Source: an uncultured Gammaproteobacteria bacterium
GTDB lineage: Bacteria > Patescibacteriota > Microgenomatia > CAYQLK01
Assembly: GCA_964404855.1 (NCBI GenBank)
Contig: CAYOLO010000003.1
Coordinates: forward strand, 1 to 62,153
Length of the DNA stretch: 62,153 nucleotides
Direction of reading: 5' to 3'
The notes below the pieces were generated by a model. That model did no database searches. It was not told the origin of the DNA and saw only the letters and a program-made list of their open reading frames with translations. Shown piece after piece: positions 16,550 through 25,207 of the stretch; positions within the stretch are counted from its first letter, which is position 1; each line of letters starts with the position of its first letter. The translations under genes were made by a program, and so were the position numbers.

Positions 16550-17986
16550 TTACTTAAGCTTGTGTTCAAAAAGTTGTTTGGTCAACTGAGGGTCAGCCTT
16601 ACCTTTGGTCTGAGCCATAGCTAGACCTATTAAGTACTGCAAAACGGTTAATTTGCCATTCCTGTAATCATCGACGACTTTTGGGTTAGCCTTAATAATT
16701 GCATCAATGACTGGTTCAAGTTCACCTTTATCAGATAGAACTGAAAAACCATCCTTCTCGACAATTGCTTGTGGCATACGACCGTCAGTAAGCATGATTT
16801 CATAAACCTCTTTGGCTTGAGTTGAGCTAATACGTTTTTGGTCCAACAAATAAACTAATTCGGCAATTGAAGCAGGTGTGATTTTGAGATCAAAAAGCGT
16901 TAAGCTTTTTTCTTTGAGAGTAAATAACACGGTTGAGGCTAACCAGTTAGCAATTCTTACCGCGTGAGCAGATTGGGATTTGGCAAAAGTCTTTTCATAA
17001 TCACTTACCGCTGTTTTGAAAAAAGCCAATATTTCTGGTCGGTCAACAAAATCCGAAGCCATTGATTTTTCGATACCGAATTTCGTAACCAAATCATTTC
17101 TTTCTTCCTCAGGTAATACAGGAATTAAAGCCTTGATTGCGTCCGTGTCGGCCTTGGTTATTGCAATAACAGGAATATCAGGCTCCGGAAAGTATCGGTA
17201 GTCATGTGCAGACTCTTTTGACCTTTGTGAATAGGTCTGGTTCTTCTCTTGGGAAAACCCGCGAGTTTCTTGAAATATTTTTTCCTTTTTATCTAAGGCT
17301 TCAGATTGTCTGACTATTTCGTATTCAATCGCAGCTTTGAGACTACGGAAGGAGTTAAGGTTTTTGACTTCGACTTTGGTTCCTAAGATGCGCGCCTTGT
17401 CAGAGACAGAGACGTTGGCATCAAATCGCATTTGGCCTTTTTCCATATCGGCATCAGAAATACCTAAATATCTAACAACTCTCTGGATTTCTTGTGCGTA
17501 GGCAACAGCCTCATCGGAAGAAAAAATATCAGGCTCAGAGACTATTTCAACCAAAGGTACACCTGAACGATTAAAATCAATTAAAGTAAGTCCTTCTGCG
17601 TGAGTGAGTTTGGCAGTATCTTCTTCCATATGAGCGCGCTCGATTTTGATGACTCTTTCGCCGACTTTGAGCCTAAGAGCTGATGTAAACGGCAAATCAA
17701 ACTGCGAAATCTGATAACCCTTTGGCAAGTCGGGGTAAAAATAGTTTTTACGATCAAATTTTGACTTATCGGGGATTTTGCCACCTAAAGCAAGACCGAG
17801 TGTGATTAGCGACTTAATCGCCTGCTGATTAGGTACAGGAATTGCCCCAGGTAAGCCAAGACAGACAGGGCAAGTGTGGGTGTTAGGTGCAAGACCAAAA
17901 TATTTGGCCGAGCAGTTGCAGAACATTTTGCTATTGGTATTGAGTTCAACGTGGATTTCGAGCCCAATGGTTGGTTTATATTTCAT
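16550..17986 (-). CDS. gatB: Asp/Glu-tRNA amidotransferase subunit B
   Basis: IGLEIHVEL, FDRKNYFYPDLPKGYQISQ, HMEED, RSGVPLVEIV, YRYFPEPD. Confidence 0.98.
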   Translation of the reverse strand: MKYKPTIGLEIHVELNTNSKMFCNCSAKYFGLAPNTHTCPVCLGLPGAIPVPNQQAIKSLITLGLALGGKIPDKSKFDRKNYFYPDLPKGYQISQFDLPFTSALRLKVGERVIKIERAHMEEDTAKLTHAEGLTLIDFNRSGVPLVEIVSEPDIFSSDEAVAYAQEIQRVVRYLGISDADMEKGQMRFDANVSVSDKARILGTKVEVKNLNSFRSLKAAIEYEIVRQSEALDKKEKIFQETRGFSQEKNQTYSQRSKESAHDYRYFPEPDIPVIAITKADTDAIKALIPVLPEEERNDLVTKFGIEKSMASDFVDRPEILAFFKTAVSDYEKTFAKSQSAHAVRIANWLASTVLFTLKEKSLTLFDLKITPASIAELVYLLDQKRISSTQAKEVYEIMLTDGRMPQAIVEKDGFSVLSDKGELEPVIDAIIKANPKVVDDYRNGKLTVLQYLIGLAMAQTKGKADPQLTKQLFEHKLK

Positions 17987-19343
17987 ATTTTTCTACTTCG
18001 CGACCAATTTTAAATAGCAAATCTTCGCGTCCGAAGCCTGCTGTAAAGTGCAAACTAAGTGGCATTTTCCCTTCTGTGCCAAATGGAACTGAAACAGCCG
18101 GCAAAGAAGTCACGTTAGCTGTAACTGTGAATAAATCAGATAGATACATCTCTAATGGATCGGTGACTGAGCCGATATCCCAAGCACTGGTCGCTGTGGT
18201 TGGGGTAACAATAAGGTCGTATTTTTCAAATACTTCGTTATATTTTTCGCTTAGGTAACTTTTTGCTTGAAGCGCTTTTTTGTAATAAGCGTCGTAATAA
18301 CCGCTACTTAGAGCGAATGTGCCTAAAATTATTCTTCTTTTGACCTCAGTACCAAACGATTTGCGGCTTTTACCAAACCTCACCCCATCAAACCTCGAAA
18401 GATTGGAAGAAACTTCTGACGGCATGAGCACGTAATAAACAGCAAGAGCCAAATCTGGATCTGGCAAGTCGATTTCGGTTATTTCGTGCGTATCGCTTAG
18501 TTTTTTGAGTCCTAATTCAAAGTTAGCCTTTACTGCTGGACTAAGTTTGCTAACGATACCCTTTGGAACTGCAATTTTGAGCCTATCCTTGGGCTTGTAA
18601 TCGGCTTGGAACTCACGAGTAGTGGAATCATAAGGATCGACACCTGAGAGGAGCTTAAAGACGGCCTCAGAGTCATCGATATCTTTGGTAAATGGACCAG
18701 CCTGATCCAGTGAGCTTGCCATGGCTATTAGCCCATAACGACTGACTCTGCCGTAGCTTGGTTTGAGACCAACTACCCCGCAGAGCGCGGCAGGCTGTCT
18801 AATCGAACCACCTGTATCGGTACCAATTGATAATAAAGATTGATTATCGGCTACAGCGGCAGCTGATCCTCCGGAAGAACCTCCAGGGATTTTTTTGAGA
18901 TTGTGAGGATTTTTGGTGAGAAAGTATGCAGAATTCTCGGTCGAACTGCCCATGGCGAATTCATCACAGTTGTTTTTGCCTAAAATCACTCCACCTTGCT
19001 GGCGAATTTTAGAGACGACTGTTGCGTCGTACGGAGGAATGTAATTTTCAAGTATTTTTGAACCAGCCGTTGTTCGCAGATTTTTTGTGGAAATAACATC
19101 TTTTATCGAAACCGGAATACCCATTAAAAGTGGTGTATTTTTAGGAGAATTATCGGCTAAAAACTTGTCAGCATTTTTGGCTTGTTCCAAAGCTCCTGCA
19201 TGATCGACAGTAATAAAAGCACCAACGGATTGGCGCGCACTAATTCTTTCGAGAACCGACTTGGTTAATTCGGTTGAACTAATCTGGCCTGCCGAAAGCA
19301 TTTTGTGAGCCTCAAGTATGGTTAGTGATTTAAGGTCTGACAT
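17976..19343 (-). CDS. gatA: Asp/Glu-tRNA amidotransferase subunit A
   Basis: IKD, DEFAMGSSTE, PGGSSGGSAAAV, GTDTGGSIRQPA. Confidence 0.98.
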   Translation of the reverse strand: MSDLKSLTILEAHKMLSAGQISSTELTKSVLERISARQSVGAFITVDHAGALEQAKNADKFLADNSPKNTPLLMGIPVSIKDVISTKNLRTTAGSKILENYIPPYDATVVSKIRQQGGVILGKNNCDEFAMGSSTENSAYFLTKNPHNLKKIPGGSSGGSAAAVADNQSLLSIGTDTGGSIRQPAALCGVVGLKPSYGRVSRYGLIAMASSLDQAGPFTKDIDDSEAVFKLLSGVDPYDSTTREFQADYKPKDRLKIAVPKGIVSKLSPAVKANFELGLKKLSDTHEITEIDLPDPDLALAVYYVLMPSEVSSNLSRFDGVRFGKSRKSFGTEVKRRIILGTFALSSGYYDAYYKKALQAKSYLSEKYNEVFEKYDLIVTPTTATSAWDIGSVTDPLEMYLSDLFTVTANVTSLPAVSVPFGTEGKMPLSLHFTAGFGREDLLFKIGREVEKYEI

Positions 19344-19630
19344 TATTCAAAAATCCCCTTTACTACAAAAGAGCTCCCGTCGTGCGTACTAGTGTTTTTA
19401 AGGGCTTCTTCGGCGGTTAAGCTGCGTTCAGAGTTGGCTTCATCAGGACGTAACTGAGCAATCTGGTCGACATGACTATTTTTCTCCACTTTTTGGTATG
19501 GAATATTCGATACTTGTTCGACAAAACCCAAAATGCTTTCAAGTTGAGGTTGTAAAGTTTTTATTTCCTTGTCTGTCAGTGGTATTTGGGCAAGTGCGCT
19601 TATTTTTTTGAGATCGATTTTGATAGCCAT
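19343..19630 (-). CDS. gatC: Asp/Glu-tRNA amidotransferase subunit C
   Basis: 95 aa upstream of gatA; LRPDE, FVVKGIFE. Confidence 0.9.
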   Translation of the reverse strand: MAIKIDLKKISALAQIPLTDKEIKTLQPQLESILGFVEQVSNIPYQKVEKNSHVDQIAQLRPDEANSERSLTAEEALKNTSTHDGSSFVVKGIFE

Positions 19631-19633
19631 TTT

Positions 19634-20554
19634 TTACATTTCTCTTAAGATTTTTATGCGTTCCTCAACAGGTGGATGGGTAGAAAAAAGATTGGCAAAT
19701 GATTTTTTGAAATGACCTGTGCCAAGCGGATTAGCAATGTAGAGATGCGCCGTAGCTGGAGTTGCGCTTTTGACAGGCCTTTGATAAGCAGCGATTTTTT
19801 CTAGAGCGTCAGCAAGTCCGTCAGGGTAACGAGTTAAAAGTGAGCCTGTAGCGTCAGCTAAAAATTCTCTTTTTCGCGATACGGCTAGCTGAATCAGTTG
19901 AGCGGCAATTGGGGCAAGAATTGCTGCAAGAATACCAAGCACGATAAATAGGCTGTTTTTTGAATCCCTATCGTCATCGCCACCACCAAAGAACATAAAG
20001 TGTCCAAAAAAGTCGGCAAGCATGGCAATTATTCCAACCAAAATAACCACGACTGTCATAAGTCTGGTGTCGTAGTTGCCAATGTGGCTTAGTTCGTGAG
20101 CAAGAACCCCTTCCAGCTCAGTTTTGTTCATAATCGCAATTAGTCCAGTTGTTGCAGCAATTGAAGCATGTTTTGGATCTCTGCCGGTTGCAAAAGCGTT
20201 GGGAGCTTCGTCAGGAATTATGTAAATTTTGGGCATCGGCAAACCGGAGCCGATTGAGAGATTTTCGACAGTTTTGTAAAGCTGGGGGTTAGTTTTGGCA
20301 TCGACCAGTTGGGCGCCGGCCATTTTCATCACCATTTTGTCAGAATTGTAGTATGCGACAAAATTCATAACTCCAGTTACAACTAGAGCAATACCTACGA
20401 AAAAAAGTCCTGAGCTTGATTGATAGCCTAAAGCCTGAGTAAAAATATGTACAACAGCGGTAATAAAAACCGTAAAAACTGCCATTAAAAATACAGTTTT
20501 AATTCTGTTTGCACCGATTTGAGAATAGATTGTTTTTTCTGATTCGAATTTCAT
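19634..20554 (-). CDS. htpX: M48 zinc metalloprotease HtpX
   Basis: PNAFATG, AHELSH, SRKREFLADA, FSTHPP; ATG 20554 preferred start. Confidence 0.95.
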   Translation of the reverse strand: MKFESEKTIYSQIGANRIKTVFLMAVFTVFITAVVHIFTQALGYQSSSGLFFVGIALVVTGVMNFVAYYNSDKMVMKMAGAQLVDAKTNPQLYKTVENLSIGSGLPMPKIYIIPDEAPNAFATGRDPKHASIAATTGLIAIMNKTELEGVLAHELSHIGNYDTRLMTVVVILVGIIAMLADFFGHFMFFGGGDDDRDSKNSLFIVLGILAAILAPIAAQLIQLAVSRKREFLADATGSLLTRYPDGLADALEKIAAYQRPVKSATPATAHLYIANPLGTGHFKKSFANLFSTHPPVEERIKILREM

Positions 20555-20604
20555 TTTATTTATTAAGGGTTTGATTATACCAACTGCTAACAAAATTAAG
20601 CATG

Positions 20605-20637
20605 AAAAAGACCCAGCCTCTTGAAAGAGACTGGGTC
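20605..20637 (-). terminator. Rho-independent terminator
   Basis: GACCCAG/CTGGGTC stem; minus strand ends TTTTTCAT like the 46-bp repeats. Confidence 0.75.
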
Positions 20638-20664
20638 GTGGTCGTAATGAACTGGTGACACTTT

Positions 20665-22104
20665 TTATCGAGGACGGAATGGATTGTGGCCTCTATCTCC
20701 AGATCCTGGTATTGAAGTTGGACTCGTCGGACCTGGAGTACCGGGATTGATTGGCGGAAGTTTGTTGGACATCCCACTTTGAGCCTTACGCAGGACTCGC
20801 CGAAGAATGAAGAAAACGACAGCCAACATGACCACGATTGCGACAATCGAGCCAATAACGAGCGGCGTCCAGCTGGAAGAGCCAGAGTCGGTCGATTGGC
20901 TAGTGCCAGTTGGTTGAGGTTGATTGCCAACTTGCGGAACTTGCGGACGATTCGGCACTACTTCGTTGGGGTCAACAGGTGTTGGTGCGAAAGCGCCACC
21001 TGAACCGACAGCACTCACGGGCGAACCGATCTTGTAGGTCGGCGCCAAAAGCTTCAGTGGCGAAACAGTGATATCTGCCGGACTCGTGATATTGAGGCGA
21101 ATAACCTCGTTACTAACTACTCCGTAGAAGACATTGTCTTTGCCCTTGTTATAGCCAGTGATTGCCGAAATCGGCTTTGATGCGCCGAACTTGGCGGTTA
21201 CATCGACGAGCGTCGAGAATGCTTTGTTTGGAGTTTTTGGCATCATCCAGACCTTTTGCTCAGTCAGGATGAGATGGTATTCGAAATCACCCACTATGAG
21301 CACATCTACAACCGGACTGTCGAGCTCGATGCTCGTTAGAGATTCCGGAGAGAAATCGTGCACATAGGTCAAATTTTTGCGATCAGAGGCCTGAGGATGT
21401 CGAGGTCCTGAGTATAGGTACTGCGCGGGACCAAGAGCCGGAGTTGATTCGTAGTCACCAATCGCACCTTCTAGCAGACTTGCTTTTGCAAGACTTCCAT
21501 TAGGCGAGACCAGCGCTAGCGGACCGCTCGTGGTCGGAATTAGATTCTTTCCGACTGTACTAACTGGCTTGGTGAAGCTGGTTCTCTCGGGCAAGCTCGC
21601 TCCTAGCGACTTGAACGAGTTATCAGCTCCTGCCTTGCCTGTGAGGACTTCGCCTTTTGTGCCGATAATGGTCAAATTACCTTCGGCGCTGACGGTGAAA
21701 TCGTAGATTCCCGAAGCTGAGTCGAGACCGAGATCTTTAGCTGTCAACTCCTTCCAGACGGTGTTTTTGCCATCCGTTTGGGTGTAGAAGACAGAAAGGT
21801 CGGATACTTGACCTGAGCCTTTGGAGGCTGGCGACAAGAGGTACAAGTTGCCAGCACGGTCTGATTGAGGACGAATGTAGGTTTTGTACTTCAGCTGACT
21901 GGTATCAACTTCGGTAACGAATTCTTTGGAGCCACTGGCGATATAGAGCTTGTCACCAACAGTGACGAAGCGCCATCCGTCGGCGTTGACCGGAGGGGTC
22001 TGAGCTGACACAGTGACTATCGAGAACGACATTGTCAGGAGGATGATGGTCGAAACCAACAACCACCTAAGGAGGCTTCTTTTGCCTTTGATGAGGCTGT
22101 GCAT
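20665..22104 (-). CDS. Orphan secreted, C-terminally anchored surface protein (beta-rich)
   Basis: Signal peptide (...VTVSA), beta-strand-rich body, P/Q/S/T linker, TM, Pro-rich tail. Confidence 0.8.
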   Translation of the reverse strand: MHSLIKGKRSLLRWLLVSTIILLTMSFSIVTVSAQTPPVNADGWRFVTVGDKLYIASGSKEFVTEVDTSQLKYKTYIRPQSDRAGNLYLLSPASKGSGQVSDLSVFYTQTDGKNTVWKELTAKDLGLDSASGIYDFTVSAEGNLTIIGTKGEVLTGKAGADNSFKSLGASLPERTSFTKPVSTVGKNLIPTTSGPLALVSPNGSLAKASLLEGAIGDYESTPALGPAQYLYSGPRHPQASDRKNLTYVHDFSPESLTSIELDSPVVDVLIVGDFEYHLILTEQKVWMMPKTPNKAFSTLVDVTAKFGASKPISAITGYNKGKDNVFYGVVSNEVIRLNITSPADITVSPLKLLAPTYKIGSPVSAVGSGGAFAPTPVDPNEVVPNRPQVPQVGNQPQPTGTSQSTDSGSSSWTPLVIGSIVAIVVMLAVVFFILRRVLRKAQSGMSNKLPPINPGTPGPTSPTSIPGSGDRGHNPFRPR

Positions 22105-22137
22105 GGCGTGAAAATACTCCGTGAAATATTGCTCGCA

Positions 22138-22278
22138 TTACTGCGGCGGTGGGGCGGAACGGCCGAGATTCGCAAAAGCTCTGGCGAGCCTCTCGATAAA
22201 CTGCGTGAGCTTACCGGAGGTTGTCCAAGACTTTTTTGCGTACTTCTTGCCGTACTTGGAGGAGTTGCGCTTGAGCAT
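22138..22278 (-). CDS. 46-aa Lys-rich small ORF upstream of the surface protein
   Basis: MLKRNSSKYGKKYAKKSWTTSGKLTQFIERLARAFANLGRSAPPPQ*; purine-rich upstream. Confidence 0.35.
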   Translation of the reverse strand: MLKRNSSKYGKKYAKKSWTTSGKLTQFIERLARAFANLGRSAPPPQ

Positions 22279-22418
22279 AGCTCTTCTCGCAGGGGTCAAA
22301 AGGGCTTACCTTCTCTTTCTTGAGGCTTTTTGGAATTTTGGGCGTATGTTGTGGTTAAGGTGCCACTTTGTCAGGTCCGTTAAGGACAGGGCGACCTGTT
22401 GACTTGAATTGTATCATT

Positions 22419-22594
22419 ATTGAGACTGGAAGTAAATACTACAGGATAGTTTGCGAAGCAAGCTATCCTGTAGGACGTAGTGAGGATTTATGAAATAACG
22501 AGCTTTACCGAAGTTATGAATAAAAACGAGCGAGTAACTATAAAATCCTGCGTTAAGAGTGAATTTATAAATTCACTCTCTCATTGAGACAGGA
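22419..22594. repeat. Hairpin-rich intergenic element bounded by 12-bp direct repeats (MITE/REP-like)
   Basis: ATTGAGAC(T/A)GGA at both ends; 16-bp hairpin 22439-22473; 24-bp perfect palindrome 22556-22579. Confidence 0.6.
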
Positions 22595-22653
22595 TACCTG
22601 ATTCTAAGGCAAGTTTAGATATATGTTGTCACTTTGAGTAGGGTTTTTCCTTC

Positions 22654-22684
22654 AAAAAAAGCCCCGTATTTTTGGTACGGGGCT
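22654..22684 (-). terminator. Rho-independent terminator
   Basis: AGCCCCGTA/TACGGGGCT stem with A7; same AAAAAGCCCCG word as the 46-bp repeats. Confidence 0.8.
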
Positions 22685-22690
22685 AAAAAA

Positions 22691-24448
22691 TTATTCCTTT
22701 CTCGACTTTGCCATGAGTCGAATTGTATCGAAGAGAAAAACTCTATCACTCAAGATTGGATCATCGTCTGACATGGGTATGTCAAAATCCTTTGAGTGTA
22801 CAGCTTCTTCGAGGAGGATATATCTGACTGACCTTGTAACCGAAACATCCAGCCGCGTATCAGAATACGAAACTAGGCCATCGTTACCCTCAATAATTGG
22901 TGCCCAATGGCCGGTGCCGTAAATGACAGTGACTGGAATACTTTCGGGAATCGATCTGGAGTTTAGATTTTTGATTTGCGGACTGTAGGGAGTGAGTGAT
23001 GAAGACTGAAGCCCTTTGAATAGGTCTGCAAATCCAACGAAAGGTCCAGACAGCCCTGCTGCGAATGAACCATTGTTCGGCACAGCAATCAAAAGCAACT
23101 CATCGACCGAATTGTCATAAGGGTAAGCGGCTACCAGATTTTCAACGAAACACCGGGACAGCAACCCACCCATAGAGTACCCAATCAGATCGACTTTTTG
23201 ACTGTTAGTGCGCAGGCGAATATAGTCAATCGACCGTCCAACGACTTCTGCAACTAGGCAAATATCGCTAGTTAGATATGATTCGAAGGTAAGAAAATAC
23301 CCCTTTTGTCCAGTAGCCCAGATTGAGTAACTCAATGTGAACTCCAGTCCAGAATAGGTCACGAGACTTATTTTTTCAGGGTTTTTACCTTCCCAATAGA
23401 GATCTCCTTGGCTTCCTCCGCCAAGCCCTGAGACGAAGAGCGCCGGATTGGGCTGCTCCAAAGCTGACCTAGTCAAAAGAGTTACGGTTCCAGAGTAAAC
23501 TCCCTCTGAGGCCGAAAGCTTAATAGGCAGGGTTTGACTTAGATCGCTTCCGCATGAAAGATGCGACTCAGTTAGTACGAAGAGGCAGTTTTTGGCGAGA
23601 CTGTAGCCAAGGACAGACTGGTCGTAATTTAGTTCGTCTTTCAACTGTAATAAGTTGTCGCGAACCTCGTAATAACCAGACTCTGTGTTGTAGATGACGA
23701 GTCCATCTGCCGACAAATAGGCTGGGCCAAATTTGCCGTTTTGATATGCTGCGACTCTGCCTTGGTCAGGAGAATACAGTATCAACCCGTCTTTGTGGCC
23801 AACTAGAAGATTCTCACCCAAAACGCCGGAAAGATAGATTTCTCCTTGTGTGGTCAAATTCTCTTCGAGACTGATAGTCTCAGTCGTTAGGTCGACTAAA
23901 TCGACTTTTACGATTTGACTGCCCGAGTTTCGGTCAGTTGTCGACATGAAAAGATTATCCCCAATCACGGCAAGCGAACTTGACGAAGATTTGAGACTAA
24001 TTTGTCGCCAACTGCTGTTGGGTTTTTTGACCAAAATCTGCCCAAACCCGACGTCGGCAACAAGTATTTTAGAGTCTGTTACCCAAAAATACCCAAAATT
24101 AAGAGCTGCAGTTGAGTCTGGATTTTTGTACCCAGTTTGTGATGGATGAATTGTTTCCCAAGTTTTGCCGAAATCAAACGAAATCGAGACTGAGTTTTGA
24201 AGGTTGGATTTTGTGGCTTGATGTAGCACAAAGAGCGCGTGCGACTGTGGGTTGTAGTTGAGGGAGGTGACTACAGGAAATCCCTCGACTTTTGTTAGTT
24301 TGTCGCTTGACCAGTCGGATAAAAATAACCCTTGATCTGTGCCAAGCAAAACCATCTGCTGGTTTTGAGCGGAAGTTGGGGAGGCCTGATTAGAGGGTAA
24401 ACCAATCCAAATCAAGCCGAAGAACAAGGCTGCGATTGCCTTATACAA
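22691..24448 (-). CDS. Secreted beta-propeller-like + alpha/beta-hydrolase (lipase/PGAP1-like) fusion
   Basis: Signal peptide, Asp-box SFDFGKTW, FVSGLGG, GYSMGG, AVPNNGS, NDGLV, VHS. Confidence 0.8.
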   Translation of the reverse strand: MYKAIAALFFGLIWIGLPSNQASPTSAQNQQMVLLGTDQGLFLSDWSSDKLTKVEGFPVVTSLNYNPQSHALFVLHQATKSNLQNSVSISFDFGKTWETIHPSQTGYKNPDSTAALNFGYFWVTDSKILVADVGFGQILVKKPNSSWRQISLKSSSSSLAVIGDNLFMSTTDRNSGSQIVKVDLVDLTTETISLEENLTTQGEIYLSGVLGENLLVGHKDGLILYSPDQGRVAAYQNGKFGPAYLSADGLVIYNTESGYYEVRDNLLQLKDELNYDQSVLGYSLAKNCLFVLTESHLSCGSDLSQTLPIKLSASEGVYSGTVTLLTRSALEQPNPALFVSGLGGGSQGDLYWEGKNPEKISLVTYSGLEFTLSYSIWATGQKGYFLTFESYLTSDICLVAEVVGRSIDYIRLRTNSQKVDLIGYSMGGLLSRCFVENLVAAYPYDNSVDELLLIAVPNNGSFAAGLSGPFVGFADLFKGLQSSSLTPYSPQIKNLNSRSIPESIPVTVIYGTGHWAPIIEGNDGLVSYSDTRLDVSVTRSVRYILLEEAVHSKDFDIPMSDDDPILSDRVFLFDTIRLMAKSRKE

Positions 24449-24516
24449 CAGTCTACCTCGATATGCGTATTTTTAAAGTTCCCTATGAGATATAGGGCAG
24501 GCCTCAAGTTGTGAGA

Positions 24517-24546
24517 ATTTTAGTCCTGAATGTGAATAACTGTCAA
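24517..24546 (-). promoter_or_regulatory. Sigma70-type promoter of the hydrolase gene
   Basis: TTGACA-18-TAAAAT. Confidence 0.6.
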
Positions 24547-24627
24547 TATACTAGAGGATATTTCTCCATTAAAATTTGCGGAAAAAATAGAACTATTTAA
24601 AAAAAACTAGATTTTGGGGAAAGATGT

Positions 24628-25197
24628 TTACTTCTCGAAATCGACTTTGACGGCTTTGCGTTCCTCGTCTACAGCTTCAAAAAACTCTTCTTCCTTGAAA
24701 CCAAACATACCAGCGAGTAATACATTAGGGAATGTCGCAATCTTGGTATTGTAGTCACGAACATTAGCGTTATAGAACTGGCGTGAGTAAGCAATTTTTG
24801 ATTCAGTGTCGGATAGTTCATCCTGAAGCTGTTTGAAATTCTCAGAAGCTTGTAGTTTTGGATATGCCTCAGCTACTGCAAACAAGGACTTAAGTGTGCT
24901 TGATAGCATGTTCTCTGCTTGAGCTTTTTCCTGTGGTCCGCTTGCAGATAACATCGCGGCTCGAGCCTTAGTAACGTTTTCAAAAACTGATTTTTCGTGT
25001 TTTGCGTAACCTTTGACTGTTTCGACTAAATTAGGGATAAGATCAGCCCGTCTCTTAAGCTGGACATCAATACCAGACCATGCTTCTTTGACTCTAATTC
25101 TGAGCCTGATAAGGCTGTTATAGAGAAATAGCATGAACAAAAATAGAATACCGACGATTATTAGTGTGACTGTGAGTGGATTCATAATTAACTGCAA
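24628..25197 (-). CDS. lemA: LemA family protein
   Basis: [45 protein letters not shown]. Confidence 0.96.
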   Translation of the reverse strand: MQLIMNPLTVTLIIVGILFLFMLFLYNSLIRLRIRVKEAWSGIDVQLKRRADLIPNLVETVKGYAKHEKSVFENVTKARAAMLSASGPQEKAQAENMLSSTLKSLFAVAEAYPKLQASENFKQLQDELSDTESKIAYSRQFYNANVRDYNTKIATFPNVLLAGMFGFKEEEFFEAVDEERKAVKVDFEK

Positions 25198-25207
25198 TTA
25201 TAGCAGA

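Noticed and set aside
24531-24539. DnaA box (TTATTCACA on minus strand)
   Set aside because: Single 9-mer in AT-rich DNA, expected by chance.
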